From positions 36,915 through 100,914 of the forward strand of contig NZ_JBQCCV010000125.1 in the NCBI RefSeq assembly GCF_051961875.1: DNA of 64,000 bases. The letters are read 5' to 3'. The position numbers and the translations under genes are program-made. Below, in pieces: positions 30,051-38,959 of this stretch (position 1 is the stretch's first letter; every line of letters starts with the position of its first letter). The stretch is from Intrasporangium sp. GTDB taxonomy: Bacteria; Actinomycetota; Actinomycetes; Actinomycetales; Dermatophilaceae. A model generated the notes under the pieces. It made no database searches. It had not been told where the DNA came from and was given only the letters and a program-made list of their open reading frames with translations.

Positions 30051-31055
30051 ATGAACAAGCAGCACCACATGATCAAGCGGATCGGAGCGGCAGGCGGGGC
30101 GACGTTGCTAGCCGCCCTGGTTCTGTCTGGATGCCAGGGCGCGCCGAGAGCCGACGCCCCGTCGGCGACGTCAGTCGGCGCCGCCCTGATGGCGCAGAAG
30201 ACGTGCCATCCGGCGAAGAAGTGCCCGGCGCCGACGACGACCACGACGGCGCCCGCGCCCGCGCCCACGACGACCACGACGGCGCCGGCACCCACCACGA
30301 CCACGACGGCGCCCGCACCCACGACCACGACGACCACGACGGCGCCGGCACCCACGACGACCACGACGGCGCCGGTACCCACGACGAGCTCAGTCCCGGG
30401 ACAGGTCTGCACCAACCCGTACTACAAGACGAGCGATGCCAACGGCGGGGTCTCCGACGGTGGCTACTACGTGCACAACAACTTGTGGAACGCCGCGAAG
30501 TACCCGGGGACCACGGGCTCCACGGAGGTCTGCTCCTACCACTCCTGGAACCACACCGCGTACGCGAGCAACGCCAGCGGCACCGGCGAGGTCAAGACCT
30601 ACCCGAACGTCCACAAGGACTACTCCGGCCGGACGATCAACAGCTTCACGCAGCTCACGTCGACGTTCGCCCAGGTCTCCCCGAACAGCGGTATCTACAA
30701 CGTCGCGTATGACATGTGGCTCAACGGCGTCCCCAACGACGAGGTGATGGTCTGGACCGAGAACCACAAGCAGTACCCCGCCGGCTCGAAGTTCACCACA
30801 GTGACCATCTCCGGGGTGAGCTGGGACGTCTACGCCACCTCCGGGAACGGCTACATCGCCTTCGTCCCCAGCGGAGGCAAGGTCCTCACGTCCGGAACCG
30901 TCGACCTCAAGGCGATGCTCCAGTGGCTCGTCGCACAGGGTCGCCTGCCCGCGACCTCGACGGTGGACCAGGTCGGTTACGGGGTCGAGGTCGTCGACAC
31001 CGGCGGCAGCAAGGCAACCTGGAACTTCACCGACTTCTCAATCACCGATCGCTGA
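30051..31055 (+). CDS. Glycoside hydrolase family 12 lipoprotein with Thr/Pro-rich linker
   Basis: AAGGA RBS; lipobox LSGC; GH12 motifs HNNLWN, VKTYPN, AYDMW, EVMVW (nucleophile) and GVEV (acid/base). Confidence 0.85.
   Translation: MNKQHHMIKRIGAAGGATLLAALVLSGCQGAPRADAPSATSVGAALMAQKTCHPAKKCPAPTTTTTAPAPAPTTTTTAPAPTTTTTAPAPTTTTTTTAPAPTTTTTAPVPTTSSVPGQVCTNPYYKTSDANGGVSDGGYYVHNNLWNAAKYPGTTGSTEVCSYHSWNHTAYASNASGTGEVKTYPNVHKDYSGRTINSFTQLTSTFAQVSPNSGIYNVAYDMWLNGVPNDEVMVWTENHKQYPAGSKFTTVTISGVSWDVYATSGNGYIAFVPSGGKVLTSGTVDLKAMLQWLVAQGRLPATSTVDQVGYGVEVVDTGGSKATWNFTDFSITDR
30231..30385 (+). repeat. Coding tandem repeat, about 5 x PT(5-7)AP(A/V)
   Basis: Repeated ACG ACG ACC ACG ACG GCG CCG GCA CCC units. 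Confidence 0.85.
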
Positions 31056-31080
31056 CCCGGTCCTGACCACCCTTCCTGGG

Positions 31081-31120
31081 AACAGCCCCTGACCCGCGGA
31101 ACTGCCGGTCAGGGGCTGTT
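31081..31120 (+). terminator. Hairpin terminator after the GH12 gene
   Basis: AACAGCCCCTGACC / GGTCAGGGGCTGTT 14-bp perfect stem. Confidence 0.8.
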
Positions 31121-31328
31121 TCCTGAAGTGCTCGCGCCGCCCGTGTCCCGAAAACGCCCCGGCTTCGACTAGGCTTCAGCCAGCGGCCCGCCAGTTCTGC
31201 CTCGGGTCGCCTCTTCGTGGCGGGACCCATCGCTCCCGTTCCAGTCGATTCGCTCTTGCGCCGCGACCCTCACAGACGAGGCCTTCGCGCCGGGCAGAAC
31301 GACCCTTTTCCCTTGGAGTTCACCACCT

Positions 31329-32672
31329 GTGTCCACTGACACCACCTTCCCCGCCCTCGGGGTGCCCGCCGCACTCGTCACCATCCTTGCCGACAAGGGC
31401 ATCACCGCCCCCACCCCCATCCAGGCGGCGACGCTGCCCGACTCGCTCGCCGGGCGCGACGTCCTGGGCCGCGGCCGGACCGGCTCCGGCAAGACCTACG
31501 CCTTCCTGCTGCCCCTGGTGACCCGGCTCTCGCAGTCGGCCCAGAAGCGTCGGCCGCAGCGGCCCCGGGCCCTCATCCTCGCGCCCACCCGTGAGCTCGT
31601 CACCCAGATCGAGACCGCGCTCGCCCCCCTTGCGAAGCCCTTCGGCCTGAAGTCGCAGACCGTCTTCGGCGGAGTCGGCCAGAACCCTCAGATCCAGGGC
31701 CTGCGCGCGGGCGTCGACATCGTCGTCGCCTGCCCCGGCCGCCTCGAGGACCTCATGGGCCAGGGGCACGTCTCGCTCGACGCCGTCGAGATCACGATCC
31801 TCGACGAGGCCGACCACATGGCCGACCTCGGCTTCCTGCCCGGGGTACGCCGGATCATGGACAAGACCCCCCGTTCCGGGCAGCGGCTCCTCTTCTCGGC
31901 CACGCTCGACGGCGCCATCAACGTCCTCGTCAAGCGTTTCCTCACGAATCCCGTGACGCATGAGGCCGATTCCGCGCAGTCACCCGTCTCCACCATGGAG
32001 CACCACGTGCTCCATGTGTCGCCCGACTCGCACCTGCCCGTCATCGTCGACCTCGCCGCCGCACCCGGCCGCAAGGTGGTCTTCACCCGGACAAAGCACC
32101 GCGCCAAGAAGCTCGCCCGGCAGCTGAACGCTTCCGGAGTGCCGGCGGTCGAGCTGCACGGCAACCTCAGCCAGGGCGCCCGAACCCGCAACATGGACGA
32201 CTTCCATTCGGGCCGCGCGCAGACTCTCGTCGCGACCGACATCGCGGCTCGGGGCATCCACGTCGACGACGTCTCCCTCGTCATCCACGCCGACCCGCCG
32301 GTCGAGCACAAGGCGTACCTGCACCGGTCCGGCCGGACGGCCCGGGCCGGCGCCGAGGGAACGGTCGTCACGATGATGCTCGACGACCAGGTCCGGGACG
32401 TGCGTGACCTGACCCGCAAGGCGGGCATCAAGCCGACGACGACCCGTGTGCAGCCGGGCCACCCCATTCTGTCCGAGCTGGCACCGGGGGAGCGCAGCTA
32501 TGCCGGTGGCCTCGTTCGCGAGCCGGTTCAGTCCGACGGCGGCCCCAGGCAGGGAGCCGTCGGTCGGCGGGGCACTGGACGGGGCGCCGGCGGCCGGGGT
32601 GGTGCTGGCGGCGGGCGCGGACGAGCTGCTGGCGCGGGCACGCAGTCCGACCAAGCAGCCAGGCAACGGTAA
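31329..32672 (+). CDS. DEAD/DEAH-box RNA helicase
   Basis: Q motif PTPIQ, GSGKT, PTREL, DEAD, FSAT, HGNL, ATDIAARG, HRSGRTAR. Frame continues past the TAA to 32819 (see findings). Confidence 0.95.
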   Translation: MSTDTTFPALGVPAALVTILADKGITAPTPIQAATLPDSLAGRDVLGRGRTGSGKTYAFLLPLVTRLSQSAQKRRPQRPRALILAPTRELVTQIETALAPLAKPFGLKSQTVFGGVGQNPQIQGLRAGVDIVVACPGRLEDLMGQGHVSLDAVEITILDEADHMADLGFLPGVRRIMDKTPRSGQRLLFSATLDGAINVLVKRFLTNPVTHEADSAQSPVSTMEHHVLHVSPDSHLPVIVDLAAAPGRKVVFTRTKHRAKKLARQLNASGVPAVELHGNLSQGARTRNMDDFHSGRAQTLVATDIAARGIHVDDVSLVIHADPPVEHKAYLHRSGRTARAGAEGTVVTMMLDDQVRDVRDLTRKAGIKPTTTRVQPGHPILSELAPGERSYAGGLVREPVQSDGGPRQGAVGRRGTGRGAGGRGGAGGGRGRAAGAGTQSDQAARQR

Positions 32673-32847
32673 CCTCGCCGCGGGCGGAGCGGCGGCGGCG
32701 ACAGTCCCCGGACAGGGTCCTCGACCGTCTACTCGACCAGCTCCGGCGGGTCAGGCCGCTCCGTTGGTGCCACTGTCTCGCCGCAGGGCAACCGAGCCGG
32801 CCGCCGCGGCCGACGCTGACGTCAGGAGCACAGGTCCATCGCAGGTC

Positions 32848-32874
32848 TGAATGACCTCCGGCCCGAGGGGGTAA
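32848..32874 (+). promoter_or_regulatory. Possible SigF/SigB-family stress promoter
   Basis: TGAAT-N16-GGGTAA upstream of the ORF at 32910. Confidence 0.4.
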
Positions 32875-32909
32875 GGGGCCCGCCAAAGGAAACTGGGCAC
32901 CGGAGGTGA

Positions 32910-33143
32910 ATGATGGCGAACGACGGGCAGACGGACTCTCGGGCGCGACTCTTGGACATGCTGCTGGAGAAGGTTGCCGAGGATCTCTACCCCTCGGGCA
33001 TGATGATGGACCTCATCGAGGAGCTGCTTCAGCCCGATGAGGTTGCGGCGTACGTAGCAGTGCTCATGGAGAAGATGCAGGACGACGCCTACCCGAGCGT
33101 CGGAATGATGCGGCGTGTCACAGCGCTGCTGGGACCTGCCTGA
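32910..33143 (+). CDS. Small acidic hypothetical protein with duplicated YPS.GMM motif
   Basis: GGAGG RBS; internal repeat DLYPSGMMMD / DAYPSVGMMR. Confidence 0.75.
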   Translation: MMANDGQTDSRARLLDMLLEKVAEDLYPSGMMMDLIEELLQPDEVAAYVAVLMEKMQDDAYPSVGMMRRVTALLGPA

Positions 33144-33153
33144 GGCGCGGCTC

Positions 33154-33510
33154 ATGAAGACGTTGCGCTGGGCCGCGGCGAGCCTGCTCGGGCTGCTCTC
33201 CGGCCTGCTCGCACTGGTGGGGCTCCTTCTTTGCGTCACCGTCATCCTGCTGCCCTTGGGCATCCCCGTCCTCGCCCTGGCCAGACGACTGATGCAGCTT
33301 GCCGGGCGCCTTGTCGTGCCCCGTGCCGCACGGCACCCCGTGGAGGGTCTGGAGGATTCAGCCCGCCGCATCACCCGCTCGGCCCGCCGCTCGGCGGGAC
33401 GGAGTGTCGACGCCACGGCGGACGCGGCGAGCGGCGCGAGCACAGCCATCTCGGAGACGCTCCGGCCCAGATGGACGACCAGGGTCCGGCGGCGGCTGCA
33501 TCTGGGCTGA
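33154..33510 (+). CDS. Small membrane hypothetical protein
   Basis: Hydrophobic N-terminal segment (GLLLCVTVILLPLGIPVL) and basic tail. Confidence 0.6.
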   Translation: MKTLRWAAASLLGLLSGLLALVGLLLCVTVILLPLGIPVLALARRLMQLAGRLVVPRAARHPVEGLEDSARRITRSARRSAGRSVDATADAASGASTAISETLRPRWTTRVRRRLHLG

Positions 33511-33630
33511 ACCACACCCGTCCGTCGGCCGTCGCTTCGCTCGCTGACGGACGTCCGTACCCATGCCGATCCGTGCTCCGTACGGGTCCACAAGCACGTC
33601 CTGGATGACCGGGCTTTACCAACCCTTCAG

Positions 33631-33657
33631 GGTTTCATGACCTTGGAGAGGGGGTAC
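33631..33657 (+). promoter_or_regulatory. SigF/SigB-family promoter upstream of the gas vesicle cluster
   Basis: GGTTT-N16-GGGTAC matches the mycobacterial SigF consensus GGWWT-N16/17-GGGTAY. Confidence 0.6.
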
Positions 33658-33721
33658 CCGGGATCGCGAAGGAGGTGGCCGCGACGTGCCGCCCAGAACG
33701 GACGCATCGCGGCTTGGGCAC

Positions 33722-34495
33722 ATGGCTGCACAAACTAAGATCGTCGTCGGAGTGTTGGGTGGATACCTGCTCGGACGCACCAAGAAGTTCCGCCTCGCCC
33801 TGACCCTGGGGAGCATGCTCGCCGGCCAGCGGCTCGTGAACAACCGAGAGGACCTGCTGGCACAGGGCTCGAAGCTCCTCGAAGGCAATCCACAGCTCAA
33901 GGCGTTGCAGAGCCAGCTCACGGGCCGGCTCGTCGACGTCGCCCGCGAGGCTGCGCTCGTCGCTGTGGCGACGAGGGTCGAGGCGCTGACGAAGTCGATC
34001 CAGCCCCGGCAGAAGTCGGGGGCCGGCGAGGGCGAGGAGCAGGGTGGCGAATCGGGTTCACCGATCGACACTCTGACGAAGTCGCTCCCGGGGCGCGGGC
34101 GGGGTCCGGAAGCGGAGTCGCAGAAAGGGCAGGCCGAAGGCGACGAGGCGGAGGAGCAGCCCGAGCAACAGGCCGACGAACGGATGGGGGACGAGGAGGA
34201 GTCTGACGAGGCGGACGACCGGATGGGCGGCCGGGACGAGACCGACCAGATGGGGGACCAGGACGAGTCCGAGGAGACGGACGAAGCCGCCGGCGGTCGC
34301 GCGGACAGCGACGAGGGTGACCGTGCCGGGCAGAGCGGCTCGTCGGGATCGGGCTTCGGCGGCTCCCCTTCACAGTCGACCCCCTCGACCAAGAAGACTG
34401 CGGCGAAGGCCGCAAAGGCCGCCAAGGGCATGCCCGGCAGGTCCGGCAAGCGGTCGCCGGCACCCCGTACACGAGCAGGGAGGTCAGGGTCATGA
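33722..34495 (+). CDS. Gas-vesicle-cluster-associated protein (GvpY-like) with acidic low-complexity tail
   Basis: GGYLLGRTKKFRLAL N-terminus as recalled for Streptomyces gvp-cluster proteins; D/E-rich region and KKTAAK tail. Confidence 0.65.
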   Translation: MAAQTKIVVGVLGGYLLGRTKKFRLALTLGSMLAGQRLVNNREDLLAQGSKLLEGNPQLKALQSQLTGRLVDVAREAALVAVATRVEALTKSIQPRQKSGAGEGEEQGGESGSPIDTLTKSLPGRGRGPEAESQKGQAEGDEAEEQPEQQADERMGDEEESDEADDRMGGRDETDQMGDQDESEETDEAAGGRADSDEGDRAGQSGSSGSGFGGSPSQSTPSTKKTAAKAAKAAKGMPGRSGKRSPAPRTRAGRSGS

Positions 34496-35703
34496 CTCCG
34501 AACCCGGGCAGTGCCCGACTGAAGTCGGCAACCGGTGACCTGATGAAGACCCTCGGCCAGCGAGCAGTGGGCTCCGTCGGTGACCGGGTCACCAGTCTGA
34601 CCGACCGGCTCGAGGACGTGGCGACCGGCAACACCAGCGCGAAGTCCGCCCTCGGCGCAGGCAAGGCGGTGGCCGAGGGGAAGAGCCCGATCGGGGGCGC
34701 ACTGAAGGGTGCGGCCTCGGCGATCAAGGACAAGATCTCCGGGCTGGGCGGAGGCTCCGAGTCAGGAGGCGGCTCCAGGAAGTCGCCCAAGGCCACCAAG
34801 GCGACCAACATCGTCGAGGTGATCGACGTCGGTGTGCCGGTCCGCGTCGCCTACGACCAGTGGACCGAGTTCGGCGCATTCCCCTCCTTCATGAAGAAGG
34901 TGGAGAACGTCGACGCCAAGGAGGACACCAAGCTCGACTGGAAGGCGCAGATCTTCTGGTCGCACCGGGAGTGGGAGGCCACGATCCTCGAGCAGGTGCC
35001 GGATGAGCGCATCGTCTGGCGCTCCAAGGGGCCGAAGGGCCATCCGGACGGGGCGGTGACGTTCCACGAGCTCACCCCCGACCTGACTCGGATCATCGTG
35101 GTCCTCGAGTACTACCCCCAGGGTCTCTTCGAACGGACCGGGAACCTGTGGCGGGCCCAGGGTCGGCGTACACGCGTCGAGCTGAAGCACTTCCAGAGGC
35201 ACGTCATGACCCGGACCATCCTCGATCCGGAGGAGCTCGAGGGCTGGCGCGGCACCATCGAGGACGGCGAGGTCGTCACGTCCCACGAGGATGCCGTGGC
35301 CGAGGAAGAACAGCAGGAGCAGGAGCAAGAGCAGGGGGACGGCGGCGACGAGGAGTACGACGAGGAGTCGGCCGCGCCCGAGGACGAGTACGAGGACGAG
35401 GACGCCGACCAGGGCGAGGAGTACGACGAGGACTCGGGCGAGGAAGACTCGGGCGCCCCGGAGGACGAGTACGAGGACGAGGGCTCCGACCAGGATGAGG
35501 AGTACGACGAGGAGTCGGCTGCGCCCGAGGACGAGTACGAGGACGAGGACTCCGACCAGGGCGAGGCCGCCGGCGACGAGGAACCGGCCGGTTCGGAGGG
35601 GGCAAACGGACAGAACGCGGGTGGAAGCCGTCAGGAAGGCTCCACCACCCAGGACGAGGGCTCGCAGCAGCGGCGCCCACGGCGGCGACAGCCTGCCAGA
35701 TGA
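34492..35703 (+). CDS. SRPBCC (START/cyclase-like) protein, GvpZ-like, with acidic repeat tail
   Basis: IDVGVPVRVAYDQWTEF..FP.FMKKVE, EQVPDERIVW, GAVTFHEL; C-terminal D/E/Y repeats. Confidence 0.82.
   Translation: MTPNPGSARLKSATGDLMKTLGQRAVGSVGDRVTSLTDRLEDVATGNTSAKSALGAGKAVAEGKSPIGGALKGAASAIKDKISGLGGGSESGGGSRKSPKATKATNIVEVIDVGVPVRVAYDQWTEFGAFPSFMKKVENVDAKEDTKLDWKAQIFWSHREWEATILEQVPDERIVWRSKGPKGHPDGAVTFHELTPDLTRIIVVLEYYPQGLFERTGNLWRAQGRRTRVELKHFQRHVMTRTILDPEELEGWRGTIEDGEVVTSHEDAVAEEEQQEQEQEQGDGGDEEYDEESAAPEDEYEDEDADQGEEYDEDSGEEDSGAPEDEYEDEGSDQDEEYDEESAAPEDEYEDEDSDQGEAAGDEEPAGSEGANGQNAGGSRQEGSTTQDEGSQQRRPRRRQPAR
35347..35565 (+). repeat. Coding tandem repeat, about 3 x EEYDEESAAPEDEYEDEDxDQ
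   Basis: Three near-identical acidic units visible at DNA and protein level. Confidence 0.85.
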
Positions 35704-35749
35704 GAAAGGTCGTGATCATGACGCGCGCAGGCAACGGGGAGGCTGAGCT

Positions 35750-36142
35750 ATGACGGTCCAGGCACAACGACGCGGCGGCGGATATCTGACTCGCCCGGCT
35801 CCAAGCGGGCTCGCGGACGTCATCGACATCATCCTCGACAAGGGCATCGTCATCGACGCCTACGTCCGGGTCTCGTTGGTCGGCATCGAACTGCTCACCA
35901 TTGACGCTCGGATCGTCATCGCAAGCGTCGACACCTACCTTCGGTTCGCCGAGGCGACCAACCGGCTCGACCTGTATGAGAAGGGTGGCAAGGACCTCGG
36001 CGAGATGGTCCAGGACCTGCAGCGCGGCGGGGCTTCGGGCAAGACACAAGGTGCCGTGGAAGGGGTCAAGCGGGCCCTTCGCGGGCACGGCGACGATGAG
36101 GGTAGGCGGACGTCCAAGAAGCAAGCAGAGGAATCACACTGA
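35750..36142 (+). CDS. gvpA: Gas vesicle structural protein GvpA
   Basis: [49 protein letters not shown], with the actinobacterial C-terminal extension. Confidence 0.93.
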   Translation: MTVQAQRRGGGYLTRPAPSGLADVIDIILDKGIVIDAYVRVSLVGIELLTIDARIVIASVDTYLRFAEATNRLDLYEKGGKDLGEMVQDLQRGGASGKTQGAVEGVKRALRGHGDDEGRRTSKKQAEESH

Positions 36143-36150
36143 GGCCGCAC

Positions 36151-36960
36151 ATGTCGAGCGAACCGGTTGTCCTCGGGGGATCACCTCTTCGCGCGGACCA
36201 AGACGGAGAGCTGTTCGTCTATGCGGTCCTGTGCGCTGCAGACGCCTCTGGGACCAGCGGCCCCCCTGCTCCCGACCTCATCGGAGTCGCCGACCAGCCG
36301 GTGCAGTTCGTGCTGTTCGGTGACCTGGCAACGGCGGTCTCGGTGGTCGATCCAGATCGACCGCCGAGCCGCCGCGCCGACCTTCTGGCCTACGAGTCCG
36401 TCCTCCGTGACCTGGCCGAGGAGTGGCCGGTTGTGCCCGTGCGTTTCGGCACGGTCATGCCTGACCTGGAGCGACTGGTGGCGGAGTTGGTGCTGCCGCG
36501 GCGCGAGCAGTTCACCGCGCTGCTCGCCAGCCTGCGTGGACATCAGCAGTTCAACCTGCGGGCCGTCCCCGTCGAAGACGCAGTGCTGGCCGACGTCGTC
36601 GCCGGCAGCCCTGAGATCCGCGAGCTCAGGGAGCGGACCAAGGACGTGCCCGAAGAGGTGTCGTACCGGGAACGGGTCCGTCTCGGTGAGCTGGTCTCCC
36701 GCGCTCTGGAGGAGCGCAGCACCCATGACGCGAACCTGTTGATGGACGTCGTGGTCCCGCTCGCCGCTGCCCACCGAGTACGGGCCCTCCCGTCCGCGAC
36801 CCAGGTCCTGGATGTGGCACTGCTCGTGGACAGGGACCGGTCCGATGAGTTCGTGGGCGGCCTCGAGGAGCTTGCGGAGGCAGTGCACGAGACGATCGAG
36901 ATGACACTGCTCGGGCCACTCGCGCCGTTCGACTTCGTGGGAGACGCCTCATGGGACTGA
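36151..36960 (+). CDS. gvpF: GvpL/GvpF family protein (GvpF position)
   Basis: YAVL, V.PVRFGT, LGELV..AL, GPLAPFDFV. Confidence 0.85.
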   Translation: MSSEPVVLGGSPLRADQDGELFVYAVLCAADASGTSGPPAPDLIGVADQPVQFVLFGDLATAVSVVDPDRPPSRRADLLAYESVLRDLAEEWPVVPVRFGTVMPDLERLVAELVLPRREQFTALLASLRGHQQFNLRAVPVEDAVLADVVAGSPEIRELRERTKDVPEEVSYRERVRLGELVSRALEERSTHDANLLMDVVVPLAAAHRVRALPSATQVLDVALLVDRDRSDEFVGGLEELAEAVHETIEMTLLGPLAPFDFVGDASWD

Positions 36961-37196
36961 TCACCGGGATCCTGACACTGCCGCTCGCCCCACTGCGGGG
37001 AGTCGTCGCTGTGGCCGAGCAGATCCGTAGGCAGGCAGAGGACGTCTACTACGACCCTGCCGCGATCAGGCGCGAGCTCGAGGACGTGAACCACTTGCGA
37101 CAGACGGGCGAGCTGGACGACGCGACCGCAACCGCGATGGAGGAGCACCTCATCGAGCGGCTGATGGCGGCACAGGAGAGGACGGGCCATGGCTGA
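36951..37196 (+). CDS. gvpG: Gas vesicle protein GvpG
   Basis: MGLITGILTLPLAPLRGV...AE.I...AE..YYDP. Confidence 0.88.
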   Translation: MGLITGILTLPLAPLRGVVAVAEQIRRQAEDVYYDPAAIRRELEDVNHLRQTGELDDATATAMEEHLIERLMAAQERTGHG

Positions 37197-37701
37197 GGCT
37201 GACCCGAGCGGCGCCCACGACGAGGCGGCCCCGAGCGAGGAAGACCACGAGCGGTCCCGCACGTCATCGGCACCACGCGCCAAGAAGGCAGTTCGCCCGA
37301 AGTCAGGCAGCAAGGCCGCGGGCAGGCCCGGCAGGCACGGCGTGGCAGACCACGACAGAGGGTCGGAGCGGGATGCAGAGGCGAGCCGGAACGCGGACGG
37401 TCGAAGCGCCCGACCTTCCCATGACCACGAGAGACGTGCTCTGACCGGCGCGCAGGCCGCACGGCGAGCAGCGCAGGAGTTGGTGGAGCTGACCAGCAAG
37501 GACCTCGAGGGCGTCATCGGCATCCGCAGGGACGGCGACTCGTGGAAGGTCGAGATCGAGGCCCTCGAGATGCGGCGGATACCCAGCACGACAGACGTGC
37601 TCGCCGTCTACGAGGTGTCCCTCGACGCGGAGGGTGAGCTGGTCGGCTACCAGCGCGTCGCGCGGTACGTGCGCGGGAACGCCGGAGAGGAACGCAGTTG
37701 A
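37189..37701 (+). CDS. gvpO: Gas vesicle protein GvpO
   Basis: C-terminal W.VEIE.LE..RIPSTTDVLAVYEV.LD..G.LVGY.R..RY.RG. Confidence 0.87.
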   Translation: MAEADPSGAHDEAAPSEEDHERSRTSSAPRAKKAVRPKSGSKAAGRPGRHGVADHDRGSERDAEASRNADGRSARPSHDHERRALTGAQAARRAAQELVELTSKDLEGVIGIRRDGDSWKVEIEALEMRRIPSTTDVLAVYEVSLDAEGELVGYQRVARYVRGNAGEERS

Positions 37702-38141
37702 CGGACGCCCCGACGGAGAGCACGCAGCGGGTTCCGCAAGGGACAGACCCGGCACGGGGCTACTTCCCCACGGCTCCGAGCCGGTTGGAAGGACCGCAGC
37801 CTGCGACGCTCGCCGACATCCTCGAGCGCGTGCTCGACAAGGGCATCATCATCGCCGGAGACATCCGTGTGAACCTGCTCGACATCGAGCTGCTCACCAT
37901 CAAGCTGCGCCTCCTGGTCGTCTCGGTCGACAAGGCAGAGGAGATGGGTATCGACTGGTGGCGGCACGACCCGATGTTGACCGTTCGCGAGCGTGGTCTC
38001 GACGAGGAGAACCGTCAGCTGCGCGAGCGCATAGCGGAGCTGGAGGGGCGTGCGGACGACGGTGAGGACTCGGGGGAGGACGAGGAGGGCCAGACCGTCC
38101 CGCAGCCCGAGAGTTCCGGAGAATCCGAGGACGCCGAATGA
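37698..38141 (+). CDS. gvpJ: Gas vesicle protein GvpJ (GvpA family)
   Basis: LADILERVLDKGIIIAGDIRVNLLDIELLTIKLRLLV.SVDKA.EMGIDWW. Confidence 0.88.
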   Translation: MTDAPTESTQRVPQGTDPARGYFPTAPSRLEGPQPATLADILERVLDKGIIIAGDIRVNLLDIELLTIKLRLLVVSVDKAEEMGIDWWRHDPMLTVRERGLDEENRQLRERIAELEGRADDGEDSGEDEEGQTVPQPESSGESEDAE

Positions 38142-38959
38142 CTGGGCCGACGGCACTTCCCGACGCCCCGGGTCCCGTTGGTGAGTCCGACGACCTGCCG
38201 GCCACGGCCACCTACATGTACGCCGTCTCACGAGGTCTGCGCGCCGCTGACCTCGAGGAGGTGCGTGGCTTCGACGACCAGCCGCTCCGGCTGGTGCCGC
38301 ACGAGGGCCTCGTCGCCGTCGTCAGCACAGTGCCGTTGAGCTCGTTCGGGGAGGACGCGCTGCGTCGGAACCTCGAGGATTTCGACTGGCTCGCCAGGAC
38401 CGCGCGGTTGCACGACTCGGGGGTCCAGGCGGCATCGGTCAGCGCGCCCACCGCACCGATGCGGCTGGCCACCGTCTTCCACAGCGATGACGCGATCCGG
38501 CGCCGCCTCGGGGAGTGGTCCACCGATCTCGGTCGCGTGCTGGACCGGGTGGCCGGATGTGGGGAATGGAGCGTCAAGGTCCTCGCGCGCCCGAGCAGCG
38601 ACGAGCGGCTTGCTGGGTCGCCCGATCGGCCCGCGAGCGGTGCCGAGTACCTCCGGCGCAAGAAGGCCCAGAATCTCCAGCGGCTTGAGGTCGACGCGCG
38701 GGCGACGGAGGTCGCGCACCTCGTGCACGAGCAGCTCAAGGGTGGATCCAGGGCAAGTCGGCAGCTGCCTGCGCAGGACCCCCGGCTGTCGGGCCACCAA
38801 GGTGCCATGGTCCTCAACGCCGCATACCTGGTCCCCGACGACGCCGCCGCTGACTTCGCAGCCCTGGTCGCGAGCCTCGCCGAGCAGCACCCCGAGGTGT
38901 CCATCGACTCGCGGGGCCCATGGCCTCCCTACTCCTTCGCCACGTTGGAGGAGCAATGA
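38138..38959 (+). CDS. gvpL: GvpL/GvpF family protein (GvpL position)
   Basis: YMYAV, PMRLATV, EWSVKV, LNAAYLV, GPWPPYSF. Confidence 0.87.
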   Translation: MTGPTALPDAPGPVGESDDLPATATYMYAVSRGLRAADLEEVRGFDDQPLRLVPHEGLVAVVSTVPLSSFGEDALRRNLEDFDWLARTARLHDSGVQAASVSAPTAPMRLATVFHSDDAIRRRLGEWSTDLGRVLDRVAGCGEWSVKVLARPSSDERLAGSPDRPASGAEYLRRKKAQNLQRLEVDARATEVAHLVHEQLKGGSRASRQLPAQDPRLSGHQGAMVLNAAYLVPDDAAADFAALVASLAEQHPEVSIDSRGPWPPYSFATLEEQ

